Shown piece by piece: positions 59,192 to 64,000 of a stretch of DNA of 64,000 nucleotides. The notes under the pieces were generated by a model, which made no database searches, was not told the origin of the DNA, and saw only the letters and a program-made list of their open reading frames with translations. The position numbers and the translations under genes were made by a program. The stretch covers positions 1,030,119-1,094,118 of the forward strand of contig JADKIU010000002.1 in the NCBI GenBank assembly GCA_016722565.1. Reading direction: 5' to 3'. Source of the stretch: Bacteroidota bacterium. Its GTDB lineage: Bacteria; Bacteroidota; Bacteroidia; 2-12-FULL-35-15. Each line of letters starts with the position of its first letter. Within the stretch, counting starts at the first letter, position 1.

Positions 59192-60985
59192 ATGGCCAGA
59201 AAAGCGAAAGAAACAGACGATTTACCGAAAGCAAAAGTCAATAAAACCTCCTTAAAAAAGGCATTGCGTATATTCCAATATACCGGTAAACACAAGTGGA
59301 AGCTTTATTTAGGAATGGTCTTTTTGCTTTTGACAGGAGGTACTGCCTTACTTTTCCCAATGATGTTGGGAAATTTGATTAAAACAATCGAACAGAAGGA
59401 TTTTACTACCATTAACGACATTGGTATCTATTTGATAATTGTGTTGAGTTTACAATCGGTTTTCTCCTATTATCGAATTTACCTTTTTGTTAATTATACA
59501 GAAAACACCTTGGCCTCCCTTCGTCAAGCCGTTTATGCCCATTTGATTCAATTGCCAATGAGCTTTTTTGTGCAGCAGCGCGTTGGCGACTTAAACAGCC
59601 GTATGTCGGCTGATATTTCGCAAATTCAGGATACATTAACCACCACCATCGCAGAGTTTTTACGCCAGTTTATGCTGGTTGTGGGCGGAATCGCTTTATT
59701 ACTATATATTTCCCCAAAACTGACCTTAATGATGCTTGCCATTGTTCCGGTTGTTGCTGTTGCCGCAGTTATTTTCGGACGATTCATAAGAAAAACGTCT
59801 AAAAATGTACAGGAAAAAATTGCTGAATCCAATACGGTGATTGAAGAAACCCTTCAGGGAATTACCAATGTAAAAGCGTTCGCAAATGAGTTTTTTGAAA
59901 ATGCACGTTACAAGAAAAGCACTGAAGAAATTGTAAAAAATGCCATTAAAGGTGGCACCTACCGCGGTGGATTCGCTTCCTTTATCATTTTCTGTTTGTT
60001 TGGCTCCATCGTAGCTGTTATCTGGTATGGAGTATATCTGGCATCACAAAATCAATTGTTAATTGGCGACCTTATCTCCTTTATTCTTTATTCAGCATTT
60101 GTAGGTGCCTCTTTTGGTGGTATTGCCGAATTGTATGCACAAATTCAAAAAGCAATCGGTTCGGTTGAACGCGTTTTCGATATCTTAGATGAACATCCGG
60201 AAGCACTGGATATCAGCGGATCAAATACAAACATTAAACGTGTTGAAGGAAATGTTCGTTTTGATGAAGTGGCGTTTACCTACCCTTCCCGAAAAGAAAT
60301 TCAAGTATTAAAAAACATTACACTTACAGCAAAAAAAGGCGAAACCATCGCAATTGTCGGACCAAGTGGCTCCGGAAAATCTACCTTAATCGGATTATTA
60401 TTGCGCTTTTATGATCCTGAAAAAGGAACCTTATACATTGATGAAAAAGATGCCAAAAGTTACTCTTTAACTGAATTGCGTAATAACATGGCCATTGTAC
60501 CTCAAGATGTTTTATTGTTTGGTGGAACCATCAAAGAAAACATCGCTTATGGTAAACCGAATGCGACCATCGCAGAAATAGTCGAAGCAGCCCGAAAAGC
60601 AAATGCATTGGAATTTATTGACACCTTCCCGGAGAAATTCGAAACGGTTGTAGGCGAACGAGGAATAAAACTTTCGGGTGGACAGCGTCAACGCATTGCG
60701 ATTGCACGTGCTGTGTTAAAAGACCCAAGTATCTTAATCTTAGATGAAGCCACCAGCTCCCTCGATTCGGAATCGGAAAGAGTGGTACAGGAAGCATTGG
60801 ATAAATTAATGGTTGGACGCACTTCCTTTGTGATTGCGCATCGTTTATCGACCATCCGCAAGGCAGATAAGATTGTGGTTATCGACAAAGGTGCGGTACG
60901 TGAAGTGGGAACGCATGAAGAATTAATGCATCTGGATAATGGAATGTATCGTAGCTTGAGCAATTTGCAAATGCAATTGACTTAA
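59192..60985 (+). CDS. ABC transporter, fused permease/ATPase (MsbA-like lipid exporter family)
   Basis: Six N-terminal TM helices; Walker A GPSGSGKST; signature LSGGQRQRIAIARA; Walker B ILILDEATS. Confidence 0.85.
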   Translation: MARKAKETDDLPKAKVNKTSLKKALRIFQYTGKHKWKLYLGMVFLLLTGGTALLFPMMLGNLIKTIEQKDFTTINDIGIYLIIVLSLQSVFSYYRIYLFVNYTENTLASLRQAVYAHLIQLPMSFFVQQRVGDLNSRMSADISQIQDTLTTTIAEFLRQFMLVVGGIALLLYISPKLTLMMLAIVPVVAVAAVIFGRFIRKTSKNVQEKIAESNTVIEETLQGITNVKAFANEFFENARYKKSTEEIVKNAIKGGTYRGGFASFIIFCLFGSIVAVIWYGVYLASQNQLLIGDLISFILYSAFVGASFGGIAELYAQIQKAIGSVERVFDILDEHPEALDISGSNTNIKRVEGNVRFDEVAFTYPSRKEIQVLKNITLTAKKGETIAIVGPSGSGKSTLIGLLLRFYDPEKGTLYIDEKDAKSYSLTELRNNMAIVPQDVLLFGGTIKENIAYGKPNATIAEIVEAARKANALEFIDTFPEKFETVVGERGIKLSGGQRQRIAIARAVLKDPSILILDEATSSLDSESERVVQEALDKLMVGRTSFVIAHRLSTIRKADKIVVIDKGAVREVGTHEELMHLDNGMYRSLSNLQMQLT

Positions 60986-61608
60986 GGCATTGGTAAGAAA
61001 ACAACCTTCTTTGTTTCAAAAAATTCTTCCGTAAAATAATAGTGTAGGTTGTAGTAAGTGATGCGTTTTTCAAAGTCTTTCATCTCTTCTTTCAAATCGC
61101 CACCTTTCAAATACAAAATCCCGTTGGGTAAATTATTAAATTGATTTTTTGATACCTTATTCTGCACCCATCTGTAGAATGTAGGAAATTCAGTAACTGC
61201 ACGACTAACAATAAACTCAAATTTTTCTTTCACCTCCTCGGCACGCTTATGCTCTGCTCTTACATTTTTTAAACCTAGTGCTTGTGCAATCTCATTCACT
61301 ACTTTTATTTTTTTACCAATCTAATCGACTAAATAGAAATTCGTCTCCGGAAATAAAATCGCTAATGGAATTCCAGGGAATCCACCTCCACAGCCAACAT
61401 CCATCACATTTGTTTTCGGCTTAAATTGCATCACTTTCGCGATTCCCAAAGAGTGCAAAACGTGACGTTCATACAGCAAATCGATGTCTTTTCGGGAAAT
61501 AACATTGATTTGTGCATTCCACTCTTCATACAAGCTTTGCAATTTTGCAAACTGCTCTTGTTGAGTGGCTGTAATATCCGGGAAGTATTTGAGAATAATT
61601 GAAATCAA
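60982..61608 (-). pseudogene. rsmG: 16S rRNA m7G527 methyltransferase RsmG (GidB) interrupted by an in-frame TAG at 61321-61323 (expected Ser: ...FYLVD*IGKKIKVV...)
   Basis: The two ORFs 61321..61608 and 60982..61299 are in the same frame, separated only by the TAG. Motifs DVGCGGGFPGIPLAI (SAM-binding) and ...KGGDLKEE... are present. Confidence 0.55.
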
Positions 61609-61609
61609 A

Positions 61610-61657
61610 GTGAATAGGTAACTAGGTGATTAGGTGACTAAGTGAATAGGTAACGTG
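61610..61657. repeat. Degenerate tandem octamer array (gtgaatag gtaactag gtgattag gtgactaa gtgaatag gtaacgtg) directly upstream of the rsmG start
   Basis: The same 8-bp unit family as 4559-4606. Confidence 0.8.
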
Positions 61658-61725
61658 TATATTATATTTTAGTAAAGGATAAATCAAAACAAAAGTGATT
61701 GGGTGAGCACACTATACTTAATCAC

Positions 61726-61749
61726 ATAGTTACTTAGTCACCTAGTCAC
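61726..61749. repeat. Inverted copy (3 units) of the octamer repeat, forming an inverted-repeat pair with 61610-61657 across a 68-bp spacer
   Basis: atagttac ttagtcac ctagtcac is the reverse complement of gtgactag gtgactaa gtaactat. Confidence 0.8.
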
Positions 61750-61752
61750 TTT

Positions 61753-62370
61753 CTAAATTTTTCCATCGCTGTTCTTCAAAATATTTGCTAAAAACTCTCT
61801 TGCTCTAAACAACTGTGCTTTCACTGTTCCTAAAGGCAAATCTAATTTTTCAGCTATTTCTTCGTACGACAATTCATCAAAATAACGCATCTCCACTAAA
61901 ATACGGTAACGTGGTTTTAACTTCTCTACCACCTCACGCATGTGCTTCACCTTTTGCTTCTTCACCATGTTCTCCTCCGGGTTCAAGCCTTCTGCCTTAA
62001 TATCCATACTCATCTCCCCTCCTTCATCATTTTCAAATGTGCGGTCGATGGAGAAAGTTGTCATCTTTTTTCTTCTGATAAAATCAATACAGTTATTGGA
62101 TGCGATCTTAAATAACCATGTACTGAATGCATAATTTGGTGTATACTGGCTTAAACGTTTAAACGCTTTACCAAACGCTTCAATGGTCAAATCATCCGCA
62201 TCATCTTTGTTATTCACCATTTTTAGCAACATAAAATAAACCGAATCGCGGTAACGGCCCATCAATTCAGCATACGCTTTTTGATCGCCTTTATCCAAAG
62301 CTGCACGAATCAAATGATAATCGTGCACTGCTTTTACTGAAAGATTCGGGTCAAATTCTAATTCATCCAT
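61753..62370 (-). CDS. ECF-type RNA polymerase sigma-70 factor (sigma-E-like)
   Basis: Region 2 (DLTIEAFGKAFKRL...STWLFKIASNNCIDFIRR) and region 4 HTH (LSYEEIAEKLDLPLGTVKAQLFRAR). Confidence 0.85.
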   Translation of the reverse strand: MDELEFDPNLSVKAVHDYHLIRAALDKGDQKAYAELMGRYRDSVYFMLLKMVNNKDDADDLTIEAFGKAFKRLSQYTPNYAFSTWLFKIASNNCIDFIRRKKMTTFSIDRTFENDEGGEMSMDIKAEGLNPEENMVKKQKVKHMREVVEKLKPRYRILVEMRYFDELSYEEIAEKLDLPLGTVKAQLFRAREFLANILKNSDGKI

Positions 62371-62397
62371 AATAAACTCAACAAATTATTTTATGTT

Positions 62398-63531
62398 TTA
62401 TTTCCACTTATTCTTTTTCATCAACATATTCGATAAGGTAATCATCGGATAGATGAACAACAATAGCACTTCAATGATTGGCGCTAACAACAACAAATCC
62501 TTTTCTGCCAATTGCTTCATCGACTTGTTAAAGATAATCAATTGTATTAACAAACGCAAAGCAAAAAGCGACAATACGATAATCGGTTGAAATTGCAATA
62601 CCAAGGCTGTTGCAAACGAGATAAAGAATAAATACTGACTACCACTCACCATCATCAAACGAAATTTACTCCCTCCATTATAAAACTTAAACGTGGTCAC
62701 ATGTCTGCGCTTTTGACGGAACCACGATTTAAACGTTTTCTTTACGCGGGAAATGGTATGACTTTCAACACTTACCTCTATTTTTGAATTACGTTTGGTT
62801 GCTGCTTCGTTTACAAACAAATCGTCATCCCCGGATTCAATATGGTAATGAGATGCAAACCCTTTCATCTTAAAAAACAACGACTTCTTATACGCTAAAT
62901 TTCGCCCTGTTCCCATATAGGTTTTGCCCGCAAGCGCAAACGACAAAAACTGAATAGCAATCATAAACGTATCGTAACGGATAATTTTATTCAAAAAACC
63001 TTTTTGCTTTTCATAACCGCCATAGCCCAACACAATCTCCGTTTCATCCCTAAAGTGCTGCATCATATCTCGCAACCAATATTTGCTATTCGGGCGGCAA
63101 TCAGCATCCGTTAAAAGCATGTGTTCATTGTTTGCGCCTTTAATTCCCATCATCAATGCCACCTTTTTACCATGCGAATAGGTATCATCTTCTTTGATGG
63201 TCACTATTTTTAAATTGGAATGCTTTTTCGCAAACTCCTTTAAAAAATCTGCTGTATTGTCCCACGAACAATCATTCACCACCACAACCTCAAAATTGGG
63301 ATAATCCTGATCGAATATTAATGGTAAAAACTCAGCAAGGTTATCATCCTCATTTTTAGCACAAATAACAATGGAAGCAGGAGGCGTATTCGTTGGCAGC
63401 TCTTTCTTTTTATAAAATGCCAACCTGCTAAAAAAGCCTAAATAATACCACAACTGCACCAACAGCGCCAATGCAAACACTCCAAATGCTAACAACCCCA
63501 ATGAAAAGACTGTAAATACTGAAAAATCCAT
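62398..63531 (-). CDS. Membrane glycosyltransferase family 2
   Basis: VVVVNDCSWDNT...LLTDADC...; N- and C-terminal TM helices. Confidence 0.75.
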   Translation of the reverse strand: MDFSVFTVFSLGLLAFGVFALALLVQLWYYLGFFSRLAFYKKKELPTNTPPASIVICAKNEDDNLAEFLPLIFDQDYPNFEVVVVNDCSWDNTADFLKEFAKKHSNLKIVTIKEDDTYSHGKKVALMMGIKGANNEHMLLTDADCRPNSKYWLRDMMQHFRDETEIVLGYGGYEKQKGFLNKIIRYDTFMIAIQFLSFALAGKTYMGTGRNLAYKKSLFFKMKGFASHYHIESGDDDLFVNEAATKRNSKIEVSVESHTISRVKKTFKSWFRQKRRHVTTFKFYNGGSKFRLMMVSGSQYLFFISFATALVLQFQPIIVLSLFALRLLIQLIIFNKSMKQLAEKDLLLLAPIIEVLLLFIYPMITLSNMLMKKNKWK

Positions 63532-63656
63532 GTTTTATATCCTATCCTTTATTAAACCCTATAGTCACACAAAAATAGATTTAAGGTTCTTTAGTATTCT
63601 CTTATCTTTGCGATGATTTAAACAAAGTAATTAACAATGGGATGTATAATGTATGA

Positions 63657-64000
<344 letters not shown>

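Overview
This is a low-GC (about 35-37%) chromosomal segment of Bacteroidetes type. Several proteins end in T9SS/Por C-terminal sorting domains, one carries a gliding-motility type B C-terminal domain, and promoters show the TAnnTTTG -7 box. Most of the window is housekeeping: mlaD (partial), an amidase, an lptD-like gene, ridA, lpdA, rsmB, recR, carB, rpmH, an msbA-like ABC exporter, rsmG, an ECF sigma factor and tgt (partial). Three accessory regions stand out. (1) At 17.8-25.2 kb there is an SOS-like mutagenesis/repair island. It holds a LexA-like repressor (HTH_XRE + S24), two paralogous DnaQ-type exonuclease genes (one fused to a GIY-YIG/UvrC-N-like nuclease) and a translationally coupled dinB-dnaE2 pair. 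A roughly 25 bp motif is shared by the lexA-like and dinB promoter regions and is a candidate operator. (2) At 29.4-44 kb there is a glycan locus that looks like a pseudaminic-acid pathway. It contains pseB, a pseG-pseH fusion, pseI, a PseF-like cytidylyltransferase, a GT42/DUF115-like transferase, two methyltransferases, a PhyH-type dioxygenase and an unrecognisable 525-aa protein. No pseC aminotransferase is visible. The locus is bracketed by two paralogous Wzx-like flippases. (3) At 49-52 kb there is an orphan radical-SAM/SPASM gene next to a 2OG oxygenase and an SDR. Two small dispersed repeat families are present: the 20-bp palindrome GTCCCGATAGCTATCGGGAC (four copies, two of them flanking carB) and tandem octamers GTGACTAG upstream of ridA and rsmG. 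Important caveat: at least eight genes are split by +/-1 indels that sit exactly in homopolymer runs (lptD twice, the amidase, the M61 peptidase, the GT2 gene, the PhyH oxygenase, a small membrane protein and a T9SS cargo tail). This pattern points to sequencing error rather than pseudogenes. rsmG instead carries an in-frame TAG. No rRNA or CRISPR array was seen, and a visual scan of intergenic regions turned up no tRNA.
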